From an uncultured bacterium (lineage in GTDB: Bacteria > Verrucomicrobiota > Verrucomicrobiia > Verrucomicrobiales > DEV007), in contig CAXBMO010000004.1 in the NCBI GenBank assembly GCA_963977015.1, positions 96,001 through 160,000 on the forward strand: a DNA stretch of 64,000 bases, written 5' to 3'. The position numbers were made by a program, and so were the translations under genes. Under the pieces are notes generated by a model. The model was not told the origin of the DNA. It saw only the letters and a list, made by a program, of their open reading frames with translations, and ran no database searches. Position 1 is the stretch's first letter; each line of letters starts with the position of its first letter. Below, one piece after another: positions 47,026-56,792 of the stretch.

Positions 47026-50000
47026 TCAGGATCCCAGCGTGAACGAGGAAGCCGTAGTTTCCGGCGCTTCCGGCACCGCGCTGCGTTTCGCCATCCCGGT
47101 CACTTCGCCAAATCGATCGCCAAATTCTCCCGAGGTCATGGTGAGAATCCGCGAGCGATTGTTCTTCTTCACCACTTGGATGTAGTAGTCGACAAACGGC
47201 TCGGTCACTTTTGCCTTGGCGTCGAATGGAGCGACGATGAGCAGCTGCAGGCCAAATTTCTCGAACAGGCGCAACGCGTATTCAGCATAGCGGTCGTCAA
47301 TCTTGGAGAACATCTCATCCACCACCACGAAGTGGAATTTGTCGCTCTGGGGAGCTTCCGGATCGATGTCGAACTGGTAAACGACGGCCGCGACCAAAAT
47401 GGTGAACGCCAATTTGGCCTTTTCACCACCGGACTGCCCCATGCTGTCGGAATAGTAACCGCGCTCTTCGCCGGTGGAACGAACTGTCTCCTGCGCGCCG
47501 AAATCGAACCAACGCCGGACGTCGGTCACTTTCTCTCGCCAACGCGAATCCTCGCGCAGGCGATTGATCAATCCCTCGATTCGGGCAAAGCGCGCTTCAT
47601 CAGCCTCGGTGTTCCCTTCAAACGCATCCGCGAGACACTCGCGCATCAACCGCTGAAACTCGGCGATCTCCGCATCACGAACCGGCTTCGGCTCCAGCTG
47701 CATGTAGGTGCCGTCGTGGGAATCGTAATCAATCGTCTCCAGGCAACGGTTCAACGTCTCGATCCGGGTCAGGATTTCCTCGCGTTCGTTATCCAACTGA
47801 TTGTTCAGAATCCCGATCTCCGTCGTCACCTTCTCATTGAGCCGCTCTTTGAAACTGCCTTCGTGCTTTGGCAGGTCTTCCTGCTCCAGACGAACGTGAA
47901 GATTGAGGAAATCGTCGAGATAGGAGGGATCATCGCGCAGTTCGTGCTCGAACTGGCGGAACTTCCGCAGGAACCGGCTCATCGATTGCAGCAACGACTT
48001 CTCCACCGGAGCGAGCTTGCTTCGAATCGAATCAATCGCCTGACGCAGATCCGCCGTGTAATGGTTCTCTTGTTCGGCCAACGTCTCGGCATTCAAGATG
48101 ACTCCCGCGCCCAACAGATCATCCTCAATGCTCGGAAACAGCGCTTTCTGAGCTTCGAAACCGCCTTCCTCGCTCATCGATTGGATCTGGCGCTGGCTCG
48201 ACTCGAGAAGACTCGTTGCCTGCGAAATCTCACGCTCCAAAACACCGAGACGCTTGATGAGATGGCTTTCCCGTCCCTTCAACTCGTGCTTTTGCGCCGT
48301 TGCCGCGCCGAGCTGACTCGTTACCGCGCTGACCGCCTCGTTCGAGGTCTCCAGCATTTCCTTTTCGCGTCGCAGCTCCGCCAGTTCGCGATCCACGGCT
48401 TCGTGATCGATCTCCGCAAAAACGCGAACCTCCTGAGCCCGCCGGATGGCTTCCTCGCGTCCCCTCAACTCGGTGACCTGATCTCCATGCTGAGCCATCT
48501 CCACCAACAGGCGTTGCAGATCCTCTTCCGCGATCGCCAAATCCTTGCGCAAGACCTGGAGCTTCGCCTCATTGTTCCAGCCTAATATATAGTGACGGGG
48601 ATTCGTGACCAACTCGCGTTCATCCTTCTCGAACCAGCCGCGCCCCAGATTCACATGCCGGTCGGCAGTCAACGCCATCGTCCGGACTTCGCGAAACTCC
48701 TCAAACGACTCACAGCATTTGAAATTGTATCGCGCAATCAACTCCGCTTTGATCCATTCGATCCAGGGATGTCCCTCTTTGAAATCCAGTTTGTTGATCA
48801 GCTGCGACGCATCGTTTGCATCGATCGTCGGGACGTTATCCGGAAGCACCTCGCCAACCCTCAGATAGGACACCTTCATGGCATCGGTCTGGTTCTCGGG
48901 AGTAAGCTGGTCCACGAACGTGCTCACTTCACGGAAACGATCCGCAGGGACGAGCAGACTAAGACCAAACTCGCGCAACGCCGATTCGGCTGAACCGGTC
49001 CATGCCGTCGCGCTCTCTTTCACCGCAATCAATTCAGCGGCGAACGGCAGTTCCGAAGGACTCATCCCGAGGCCCTCACAGATCACTTTGCGGATCTGCT
49101 GATGACGATCCGGAAGGTTCGAGCCCTGCTCCTGAAGCGTCCGGATCTCAAGTTCCATTCCGTCGCGGCGAGCTTCAAGCTTGTGAGCCCGAATCGCGCT
49201 ATTCAGCTTCCCTTCTTCGAGGGTCTGCAACTCTTGTTCCGTCGAAAGACGCAACGCGGAAAGAGACTCGTGGGCGGATTGAAACGTCGCCTCATCACCC
49301 ACATGCCCGGCCAAGCCAGCCTTCTGGAGCGCTTTCCGATAACGGTCCGCCCGTTCACGCCTCCGCTTGGAGTCGTCCTGCTTTTGCTCCAGCAAAAAGG
49401 GCAGGGATCGCAAACGCTCTCCGCCCGCGTTTTCCACATCATTCTGCAAGCGGCGAATCTGCTGCTCGTTGTCGTCCAATCGACGATTCAACAACTCCAG
49501 CTCAGCCGAAATCCCCTCCCCTTCGACGAGGCGATCCTCACGAACCCGCGTGAAGAGATCGACCGTCTTGACTCGGAAATACGCATCACAGGCTTTCTCC
49601 GTTTGTTCCCGCTTCTGCAGCTCTTCCTGAAGTCGATTGTATTCAGCTCCGGTCTGGGCAATCGGCTGAAGCGCAATCGACTGCTCCCTCGCATCGACCA
49701 ACATCCGGTGCGCGTCAGAGAGCTGCTGGAAGTGATTGAGAATATCATCAATCCGCTCCTTCCAGTTCTGCCCCTCCAACATATGCCCGCGAATGAACTC
49801 CGTGAGACTTCGAATATCTTTAACCGCGACCGTCTGGTTGAAGACGTCCATCGCTTTGGGACGCATGTTCGCCTCGTTGATGAGCCACTTGTGATACTGG
49901 GCAAACGTCTTCGTGGTCTTGATGTCACGAGCTTCCAGTTTCTTGGCGATCTGGTCGATTGACTTAATCTCGCCAAAATCCTCTGCGATGTCTTTCTCTC

Positions 50001-50469
50001 CTTTCGCGAAGCAAAAAACCTTTTCGACTTTTCCGTCCGCGCCGCAATACAGCACCTGGGCGACCGTGAATCCCTTGTTGGTGTCGGCATTGAAAAAGTA
50101 TCCCAGAAGAATACTGAGATGGCGCCCTTCCTTGCGAAGATACAACGTAGAGGCCTTGTTCTCCGCATCTGAGCTGGCGTGTCCATACGCGCCCATCAGA
50201 TAAGAACGTTCATCCCGCTCGCGCTTCTTCCCGCTCGAACCCGCCGCTACATTGTAGTTCCGGATTCCCGGCCGGACCAACAACGTCAGGATACTATCCA
50301 CCATCGTGGATTTCCCGCTTCCATTCTGACCAATGAGCAGTGACGTCCTGCCATTGGGACGAACGGTATGAATCTGGCCTTTTGAGGAATCAATCGTTCC
50401 CCAGTTCATGATCTGCACTTTATACAGACGATACCCGGGAAGTCCCACCGAAACGAAATTGTCTTCCAT
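47026..50469 (-). CDS. jetC: Wadjet/Mks SMC-like ATPase
   Basis: NWGT, GQNGSGKST Walker A, long coiled coils, DVRRW, SGGEKAKL signature, VVVDEMF Walker B. Confidence 0.88.
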   Translation of the reverse strand: MEDNFVSVGLPGYRLYKVQIMNWGTIDSSKGQIHTVRPNGRTSLLIGQNGSGKSTMVDSILTLLVRPGIRNYNVAAGSSGKKRERDERSYLMGAYGHASSDAENKASTLYLRKEGRHLSILLGYFFNADTNKGFTVAQVLYCGADGKVEKVFCFAKGEKDIAEDFGEIKSIDQIAKKLEARDIKTTKTFAQYHKWLINEANMRPKAMDVFNQTVAVKDIRSLTEFIRGHMLEGQNWKERIDDILNHFQQLSDAHRMLVDAREQSIALQPIAQTGAEYNRLQEELQKREQTEKACDAYFRVKTVDLFTRVREDRLVEGEGISAELELLNRRLDDNEQQIRRLQNDVENAGGERLRSLPFLLEQKQDDSKRRRERADRYRKALQKAGLAGHVGDEATFQSAHESLSALRLSTEQELQTLEEGKLNSAIRAHKLEARRDGMELEIRTLQEQGSNLPDRHQQIRKVICEGLGMSPSELPFAAELIAVKESATAWTGSAESALREFGLSLLVPADRFREVSTFVDQLTPENQTDAMKVSYLRVGEVLPDNVPTIDANDASQLINKLDFKEGHPWIEWIKAELIARYNFKCCESFEEFREVRTMALTADRHVNLGRGWFEKDERELVTNPRHYILGWNNEAKLQVLRKDLAIAEEDLQRLLVEMAQHGDQVTELRGREEAIRRAQEVRVFAEIDHEAVDRELAELRREKEMLETSNEAVSAVTSQLGAATAQKHELKGRESHLIKRLGVLEREISQATSLLESSQRQIQSMSEEGGFEAQKALFPSIEDDLLGAGVILNAETLAEQENHYTADLRQAIDSIRSKLAPVEKSLLQSMSRFLRKFRQFEHELRDDPSYLDDFLNLHVRLEQEDLPKHEGSFKERLNEKVTTEIGILNNQLDNEREEILTRIETLNRCLETIDYDSHDGTYMQLEPKPVRDAEIAEFQRLMRECLADAFEGNTEADEARFARIEGLINRLREDSRWREKVTDVRRWFDFGAQETVRSTGEERGYYSDSMGQSGGEKAKLAFTILVAAVVYQFDIDPEAPQSDKFHFVVVDEMFSKIDDRYAEYALRLFEKFGLQLLIVAPFDAKAKVTEPFVDYYIQVVKKNNRSRILTMTSGEFGDRFGEVTGMAKRSAVPEAPETTASSFTLGS

Positions 50470-50474
50470 GATTT

Positions 50475-51083
50475 CTAGCTTGGTAATTGGTTTTGAGCGG
50501 CAATCGTCTCCGCGTGGATTTGAAATTGCTGTTTCAATTCATCCAATCGTTCGGCGGTGATTCGCGCTTTGATGATTGGTCGAATCTCGTAGGCAACAGG
50601 CTGGGTATTGAGCTTGCGAAGAAACCCGAGTTCCTGCGCCCGCACCATCAACTGATCAAATTTTCGCCGAACCCGAACTTCATCTTCCGTATCGGGAAGC
50701 AACTCCATCATCCGGGTTTGCAACTCTGACGTATCCACCACGCAACGCTCGGAATCGACGTTCTGCTCTTCGAAACGCCGGAGTTCATCGCGCAACATCA
50801 CGCTGAATAAGGTGACGTCGTATCCCAAACGGCTTCTTCGAATCAACTTCGGCATCCCATCATACCCGTCGGGCAATTCCTCTTCCTCAATTTGCCGCAG
50901 ATAAGCAAACCCTTCGGGTTCATCGACGACCATGATCAGTCCGACCCGGCCAAAATAAGTCTCCAGCCTCGATCGATTGGTCATGAGTAAATCCCAGGTT
51001 TTGGAATCATCCGCATAGACCGCTCCTTGGAGGAGACGAATCGCGGGAACACTGGACTCGTGAAATTCAGGAAGGTGAGCCAT
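50475..51083 (-). CDS. jetB: Wadjet KITE subunit (DUF4194-like)
   Basis: IRLLQGAVY, VVDEPEGFAYLRQ, YEIRPIIKA; ~200 aa; lies between jetA and jetC. Confidence 0.85.
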   Translation of the reverse strand: MAHLPEFHESSVPAIRLLQGAVYADDSKTWDLLMTNRSRLETYFGRVGLIMVVDEPEGFAYLRQIEEEELPDGYDGMPKLIRRSRLGYDVTLFSVMLRDELRRFEEQNVDSERCVVDTSELQTRMMELLPDTEDEVRVRRKFDQLMVRAQELGFLRKLNTQPVAYEIRPIIKARITAERLDELKQQFQIHAETIAAQNQLPS

Positions 51084-51151
51084 AGAAAATGGGTTGAGTA
51101 AGTTTGGGTTTTGAAATGGTTAAAGGTCTAACGTCGCCAACACAGCAGAAT

Positions 51152-52627
51152 TCAGGACTTGCCAACCGCCGGGCGAAACACCACCCGCGGCACCCGCATC
51201 ACACGGTACCCTCCCTCGGCGCTTTCGTCAGGAAGACGAACTTCGTCCATCTCCTCATCGACAACGACGTGGTCGTCATCCTCTGCAATCTGCACATAGG
51301 CGAGCACCTCGACCGCGCCATTCTCCGGCGGATGATCTTCCAACAGGCGAGGCAGGGAAACGGAATCGACGTGCTTCACCGCATCGCCAATCACATCACG
51401 CATCCCTTTCCAATCCAGGCGCCGCATCTGCGAAAACAAATCAAAGGCTTCGTCCAATTCGTCAGTCCCCGCCTCCGCGACCTGGAGATCCATCGTATCC
51501 ACTTCCGCCGCCGGCGACCAGAACGTCCGGCTAAAGGTCACAAACGGTTTGTAGCCTTCTTCAATGTCCAGGCCGACCACCTCTTCAGGCGGCGCATTCC
51601 GAGCCTGACGCGCCAAATTCAAGACTTCTTCGATCGTGAGCGCGACTTTCCGGCGCTCGTCCGCCACCTTGCCATCGAGGATCCGTCGAATCGACGCCGA
51701 CAGCCGCTGATTCGTCTGCATGACCTGCTCCGCCTCCGCCGTCAGTGCCGGGATCATGTTTCGCAACATCTCCATCTCTTCCTCATCCCCTCCAATCTGT
51801 TCGATCTTCCGCACATTCTCGACCAAATCACGCAGCGTGCGCTGGCGCGAGGGCGATAGAATCAGGTTCACGAAGCCGTAAAAACTCTTCCCCTGGTCGG
51901 AGTCCTTCAAGACCGACTCCGAATTCATCACATACTCCAACAGATCCCCCTTGTTCTCCCCCGCCATCTGCATGTCCTGAACCTGCCGGGTAATTTCCTT
52001 GAACTTGTCTTCCACCTTGCGGAAATCCCCCAAAACACGTTGCAACAGATCCAGCGCAAAATGAAATCGCTCCCGAATCTGGGACTCATCGTAGGTTTTC
52101 GCGTCCCCACTTTGCTGAATCCGATCAATCTCGGCCTGCAATTGGTCGCGCTCTTCGGCCAGCGCCGCCACCTGGCTATCCGCGTCATCGCCCGAAAAAA
52201 TCACCACCTCCCGCAGCGTATCGACGATGGCCAACACGCAACTCTCGGCGCCGACAAACTGATCATCACGCTTCACCGACTCTCTCGCGAATCGCATCGC
52301 AGCCTCGGTATGAGCCGTCAACTGATAGACCGGCTCCTCGCTCGAACCCTGAAAATAACGCTGAAGATACCGCGTCTCCGGTTTGCACCACGCGTTCAGG
52401 TAATCCAGCGGCGCCTCATTCAACGCATCGGGGTGTTGCTCCTGATAATCGGTCAGATCCGCGATCAGTTGATCCTGTGGAATGGTGATCCGTTGCTCCC
52501 GTTTAAACTCCTGATACAGGAAGTGCAGAATGAAGCTCCCATTCTGAGCTCGCAACAAGCGAGTCGTCGGGGATTGGGTCAGAAAAACCTGAAGATCGTC
52601 TAGTTCCACGTTCCGAATTTTTAGCAA
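51152..52627 (-). CDS. jetA: Wadjet kleisin subunit (DUF3375-like)
   Basis: P..RLLRA.N, DFRKVEDKF, SDQGKSF.GF; ~490 aa; first gene of the operon. Confidence 0.85.
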   Translation of the reverse strand: MLKIRNVELDDLQVFLTQSPTTRLLRAQNGSFILHFLYQEFKREQRITIPQDQLIADLTDYQEQHPDALNEAPLDYLNAWCKPETRYLQRYFQGSSEEPVYQLTAHTEAAMRFARESVKRDDQFVGAESCVLAIVDTLREVVIFSGDDADSQVAALAEERDQLQAEIDRIQQSGDAKTYDESQIRERFHFALDLLQRVLGDFRKVEDKFKEITRQVQDMQMAGENKGDLLEYVMNSESVLKDSDQGKSFYGFVNLILSPSRQRTLRDLVENVRKIEQIGGDEEEMEMLRNMIPALTAEAEQVMQTNQRLSASIRRILDGKVADERRKVALTIEEVLNLARQARNAPPEEVVGLDIEEGYKPFVTFSRTFWSPAAEVDTMDLQVAEAGTDELDEAFDLFSQMRRLDWKGMRDVIGDAVKHVDSVSLPRLLEDHPPENGAVEVLAYVQIAEDDDHVVVDEEMDEVRLPDESAEGGYRVMRVPRVVFRPAVGKS

Positions 52628-52765
52628 GCCCTAACAATATGGCAACTTTTTCTTCTTGGATTGCCGAATGAAGCTCAAAACCCCTGCAAAAAACTAGTTG
52701 CTCATCGCGAAGAAGAGTGCACAATACGGGCCGTTCTCGGCCCGGCATTCCTGAGTTGAGAATAA

Positions 52766-52839
52766 GCGCTCGTAGATCAACTGGATAGATCGTCTGACTA
52801 CGGATCAGAAGGTTGAGGGTTCGAATCCTTCCGAGCGCG
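52766..52839 (+). tRNA. tRNA-Arg (anticodon ACG)
   Basis: Acceptor stem GCGCTCG/CGAGCGC, anticodon arm TCTGA-CTACGGA-TCAGA, T-loop GGTTCGAATCC; followed by CCT rather than CCA. Confidence 0.96.
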
Positions 52840-52891
52840 CCTTTCATTCTCAGGGGGATACGCAGGATCTAAGGGAGCATTCAAAAAGAGG

Positions 52892-53008
52892 GGGACTACA
52901 CCAAGTTTGGGGGATTGCCGTTTTTCATCCGCACTCGGCAATGACGCGCAGGCGGTAGTTGTTAAAGTTTCGGAAGCCGTAGGCACGGCGTTGGATCAGT
53001 TTCAATTC
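52892..53008 (-). pseudogene. ISL3-family transposase C-terminal remnant with probable terminal end
   Basis: Peptide KLIQRRAYGFRNFNNYRLRVIAECG* matches the ISL3 C-terminal K..R.AYGFRN..YRLR motif. GGGACTACACCAAGTTTGGGGG at about 52892-52913 may be the terminal repeat. The rest of the transposase is absent. Confidence 0.75.
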
Positions 53009-53320
53009 CGTCGTAATTTTCTCTACCAGACCACTTGAGAGCTTCTCTGCCTCCTTATTGAGGGGATGCTCTGTAGGTAAGAATATACCGACAGTACTGC
53101 TCAACACCTGGCAAGAGGCTGTTCATGATATTCGTCATTCGAAACGAAGGTGAGTCGCCCATTGCTTTGATTGCTGATTGAATCAGCGTTTCAACCATGG
53201 CAACCTCACTCGTTGCATTGGGATTAGGCGGTTCCTTTGAGTGTTCTACCCTAAGTTCTTGTCCATTGAGCCCCTTCGAAAATTCTTACTTTCATCCGTT
53301 CAATTGGGCAAGATGAGTTC

Positions 53321-56300
53321 TCATCCCACTTCATCTACCTGCGGGCAGGTTGCTTCCAATTTCGAAAAAATCCCCTCAATCACCTGTTCTTTGCCAGTGA
53401 ACACGGCCTCTGGTCCACCCGCGTCCAAATCCGAAAACGGCGATTCGTAAAGCGCTTCCGCTCCCATGACTCCGCGGTGGGTTAGTTGGTCAATAATCAG
53501 TTCAACAAACCGAATCTGATTGGCGGAGAGGCTTCGGTCCCCAAGGAACTCCGCGAAAGCCTGCTGCGCTGCGGTCCGGTCCATTCCGATCAACTTCCGG
53601 ACGAAATGCGGCAATGACGGGGCTTCGCTTTGGGCCAGCAAATCGGACAGCAACCTTTCACCCTGGTCCTCGCCAATCTCCTGCAAGGTTCGCTCCAATT
53701 CCGCAAGATCCAGTGCCGTCATCGGCTGATTGGTTCGCAAGCGGTGAATCACAATGTGATCCAGGTGAGCTTTCAAAAACTCCTTCACTTTCCGTTCATA
53801 TTGCGCCCCGGTCATCTTCGGCACCAAGACCGGTTCTCCTACCCGTACGCCCTGAATTTCGTCTTCGAAATCGGTGTAAACAATCTTGCGCTTTTTCTTG
53901 TCGAGAAACTGAACAAGACCTCGCAGCCGAAGCCGCAACTCCTCCAACAACGCCAGGGTGATGCCTTCCCAGAATTCCGTGGTCTGCACTATCTGCAAAT
54001 ACGCCAATTGCTCTGTTACCGCGGGAATGGCGTCCTTTCCTTCCAGCAACGCGGCAATTTCGATCACCGATAGTCTGATGCTTTCGGAAACACCACTCTT
54101 GTTGGCGACTCCCAGCTGCATTTTCAGCACCTTTAAATCGAACATTCGTGCTTCGATTTCATCGTTCTCGATTTGGCTGGGAAGGTTTGCGATGTCCCGC
54201 TCTAACACGTGCACGTCCCCCTCAGTCAATTGGCCCCAAGATTCCTTTTTCTGGAATCGCTCCACCGGTTCCAGTCGCATCCGAACGATAAAATTTTCGG
54301 GATTCATGGCTGCGACCTCCGCGTGAAGACCGGCTGCCAGCGACTGCGTCAGTTTCCCCTCCGGTTCCAATTCCGATTCCTTCTGCAACGTGGCCAGTAG
54401 CTCCACCCGCGTCTTGAACAGCCGACTCCCGATCGATTCGCCCCCGCGCCCTTCGATCCCGTCTGGATTCTCGCGGAAGAAATCGAAATTGAAACAAAAA
54501 TCGAAGATCCGGAAGTCCTTCTTGTCCTTGTCCGGCTCAAAAAGATTCTCGCAGAGCCGGGTGCCGCGTCCAATCATTTGCCAGAACTTGATCTTCGAGT
54601 AGACCGGCTTGAAAAACACCAAATTCACCACCTCTGGCACGTCAATTCCGGTGTCTAACATATCCACCGAAATCGCAATGTGCGGTTCTTTGTCCTTCAA
54701 CGAAAAATCGTCGATTAGGCTCTGCGGATAGGCCGCCTGGTTGTCAATCACGCGGGCAAAATGCCCCTTGAGTTCTGGATAGTGGTGGTTGAACCGCTCC
54801 TCAATGAACTTCGCTTGATCGTGATTCCGAGCAAAAATAATCGTCTTCCCGAGCCGGTCGCCACTCGCCACCGTATGCCCGCGCTCCATCAGGTGCTGCA
54901 GCACCTTGTCCACCGTGTCAGTGTTGAAGAGCCACTGATTGATCGCCGACGCATTCACGGCCGCCGGCGGGCCGTCATCACCGTCGTCACCCCAATCAAT
55001 CCCCTCCCATTCGGCCTGCTCTTCCTGACTAAGATCGTCATAGCTGATTCCCTCGCGTGGAAACTTCAGATCTACCTGCTCGACTCGCGGTGGCACGAGA
55101 AAGCCGTCACTCACCGCCTGATCCAGTTCATAAGCATCGGTCGGCACCCCTGCTTCCAGATCAAACAGATCGTAGGTGTTTTTATCGATCTCTTCCCGGG
55201 GTGTCGCCGTCAGCCCCAGTAGCAGGGAGTCGAAATACTCGAAGATCGCCCCGTATTTTTGGTAAATGGACCGGTGTGCTTCGTCGATGATCACCAAATC
55301 GAAGTGGCCCGGGCCGAACCGCGCCACCCCGCCCTTGGTTTCGTCGATCAATCCCATCATCGTGGGGTAGGTGCAGACATAGACCCGGCCTTCCTTGTTT
55401 TTCTCGGTCACCAGATTCACCGGGCTGGAATCCGGCAGATGCATTTTGAAGGCGTTTGCTGCCTGGTTCACCAGGGAAATCCGGTCGGCCAGAAACAAGA
55501 CTCGCTTCGCCCAATTGGCCCTCTGCAACACATCGGTCAGGGCGATCGCGGTCCGGGTCTTGCCCGTTCCCGTGGCCATCACCAGCAACCCCTTGCGCTG
55601 ATGCGCGGCGAAGGTGGCTCCAAGGCTCGCGATGGCCCGTTTCTGGTAATAGCGACCCGCGATTTCCTCATTCACCTGGGCCACGTCCAGGGGCTTGCGG
55701 ATCTGGCGGCGCTGCACCAGTCGCTCCAGGTCGTCCTTGCTGTAGAAACCGGCCACGCGCCGCGGCGGATAGGAGCGGTCGTCCCAGATCCAGGTTTCGT
55801 AACCGTTCGTGAAAAAGATCACCGGCCTTTGACCATGCATCTGTTCCAGGCAATCCGCGTAAAGCTTGGCTTGTTGCTGGCCGTTCTTCGGGTCGGCCGT
55901 GGTCCGCTTGGCCTCCACCAATCCGAGCGGCAGCCCGTTGTCGCCCCACAACACGTAGTCGACGAACCCCTTGCCGGGACTGTTCGGCATTCCCGTCACC
56001 GGGTATTCCCGATCCTGCGGCTTTTCCAGGGGCCAACCGGCCCGGCGCAGGTCCACATCGATCAGGTATTTCCGCGTTTCCGCCTCGGAGTAATCATGCG
56101 GATCGCTCTTGGCTTCATTCTCCGCAATGACCTTTGCCAACTCTTCGCGAACGGTTTTCAGCTCGGCGTCCAGCGCGTCAATCTTCTGCTGTTTTTCGAG
56201 AGTCTCGCAGCTCGTCCGCTCCAGTTCCGCCTCCAGCCTGGCCAGTTCTTCGCGGGAGATCGTCGGTTCGCTCACCACAGGTTTCGGCACCAGGCCGTCG

Positions 56301-56710
56301 CTCCAGGCTGCCTCACCGGGATCCGGCTGAGCTTCCCGCGAATAGGTTCGGGCCACCCAATACAGAACATGGTGCAGTTCCTGCACCACCCGCAGGGCAT
56401 CACCTTCACCTACTGGCCGGGGATTGTGCGCCGCTGCATTGCCCATCTTGTGAATGACCCGCGCTTTCTGAAACACCGCCTCCGGCAACACGCGCCGAAA
56501 GCTCGGCTCGTAGAGAAACGCCCCCAGGTTCCGGTCATAGGGCCGCTTCAGCCGCTGGTCGAAGCGAAAGAGCCAGTGAATCGTTGTCTCCAGGGCGAAC
56601 CGGGCGTGAAAACAGGAGGCCCGCGCGTCTGCAAGAGCCTGCCGCTCCGCCTTCATCGCCGCTTCGGCCAATTCGGGGAACTCAGTTTCGAGAAAGGCGA
56701 AGTTTGACAT
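53321..56710 (-). CDS. hsdR: Type I restriction endonuclease subunit R (EcoAI/EcoEI-like)
   Basis: MSNFAFL N-terminus, DYVLW...VEAKR nuclease motif, MATGTGKT, DEAHRS, TATP, QMIGRGTR, LYESPF C-terminal domain. Confidence 0.94.
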   Translation of the reverse strand: MSNFAFLETEFPELAEAAMKAERQALADARASCFHARFALETTIHWLFRFDQRLKRPYDRNLGAFLYEPSFRRVLPEAVFQKARVIHKMGNAAAHNPRPVGEGDALRVVQELHHVLYWVARTYSREAQPDPGEAAWSDGLVPKPVVSEPTISREELARLEAELERTSCETLEKQQKIDALDAELKTVREELAKVIAENEAKSDPHDYSEAETRKYLIDVDLRRAGWPLEKPQDREYPVTGMPNSPGKGFVDYVLWGDNGLPLGLVEAKRTTADPKNGQQQAKLYADCLEQMHGQRPVIFFTNGYETWIWDDRSYPPRRVAGFYSKDDLERLVQRRQIRKPLDVAQVNEEIAGRYYQKRAIASLGATFAAHQRKGLLVMATGTGKTRTAIALTDVLQRANWAKRVLFLADRISLVNQAANAFKMHLPDSSPVNLVTEKNKEGRVYVCTYPTMMGLIDETKGGVARFGPGHFDLVIIDEAHRSIYQKYGAIFEYFDSLLLGLTATPREEIDKNTYDLFDLEAGVPTDAYELDQAVSDGFLVPPRVEQVDLKFPREGISYDDLSQEEQAEWEGIDWGDDGDDGPPAAVNASAINQWLFNTDTVDKVLQHLMERGHTVASGDRLGKTIIFARNHDQAKFIEERFNHHYPELKGHFARVIDNQAAYPQSLIDDFSLKDKEPHIAISVDMLDTGIDVPEVVNLVFFKPVYSKIKFWQMIGRGTRLCENLFEPDKDKKDFRIFDFCFNFDFFRENPDGIEGRGGESIGSRLFKTRVELLATLQKESELEPEGKLTQSLAAGLHAEVAAMNPENFIVRMRLEPVERFQKKESWGQLTEGDVHVLERDIANLPSQIENDEIEARMFDLKVLKMQLGVANKSGVSESIRLSVIEIAALLEGKDAIPAVTEQLAYLQIVQTTEFWEGITLALLEELRLRLRGLVQFLDKKKRKIVYTDFEDEIQGVRVGEPVLVPKMTGAQYERKVKEFLKAHLDHIVIHRLRTNQPMTALDLAELERTLQEIGEDQGERLLSDLLAQSEAPSLPHFVRKLIGMDRTAAQQAFAEFLGDRSLSANQIRFVELIIDQLTHRGVMGAEALYESPFSDLDAGGPEAVFTGKEQVIEGIFSKLEATCPQVDEVG

Positions 56711-56792
56711 TCGTGTTGCTGATTCTGATGCCCAACAGAGGAGGAATCAACTTACCAGTTAAACTTTGCCAGATTCTCTGGAGCCCGCCGAA

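Noticed and set aside
47176-49962. Long + strand ORFs opposite jetC (likewise 9112-10677, 26899-28374, 42875-44290, 55259-56707, 61141-62373)
   Set aside because: Antisense shadows of well-supported genes, common in GC-rich DNA.
53010-53320. Intact small gene between hsdR and the ISL3 remnant
   Set aside because: Only short interrupted frames with no recognisable motif; treated as degenerate DNA.
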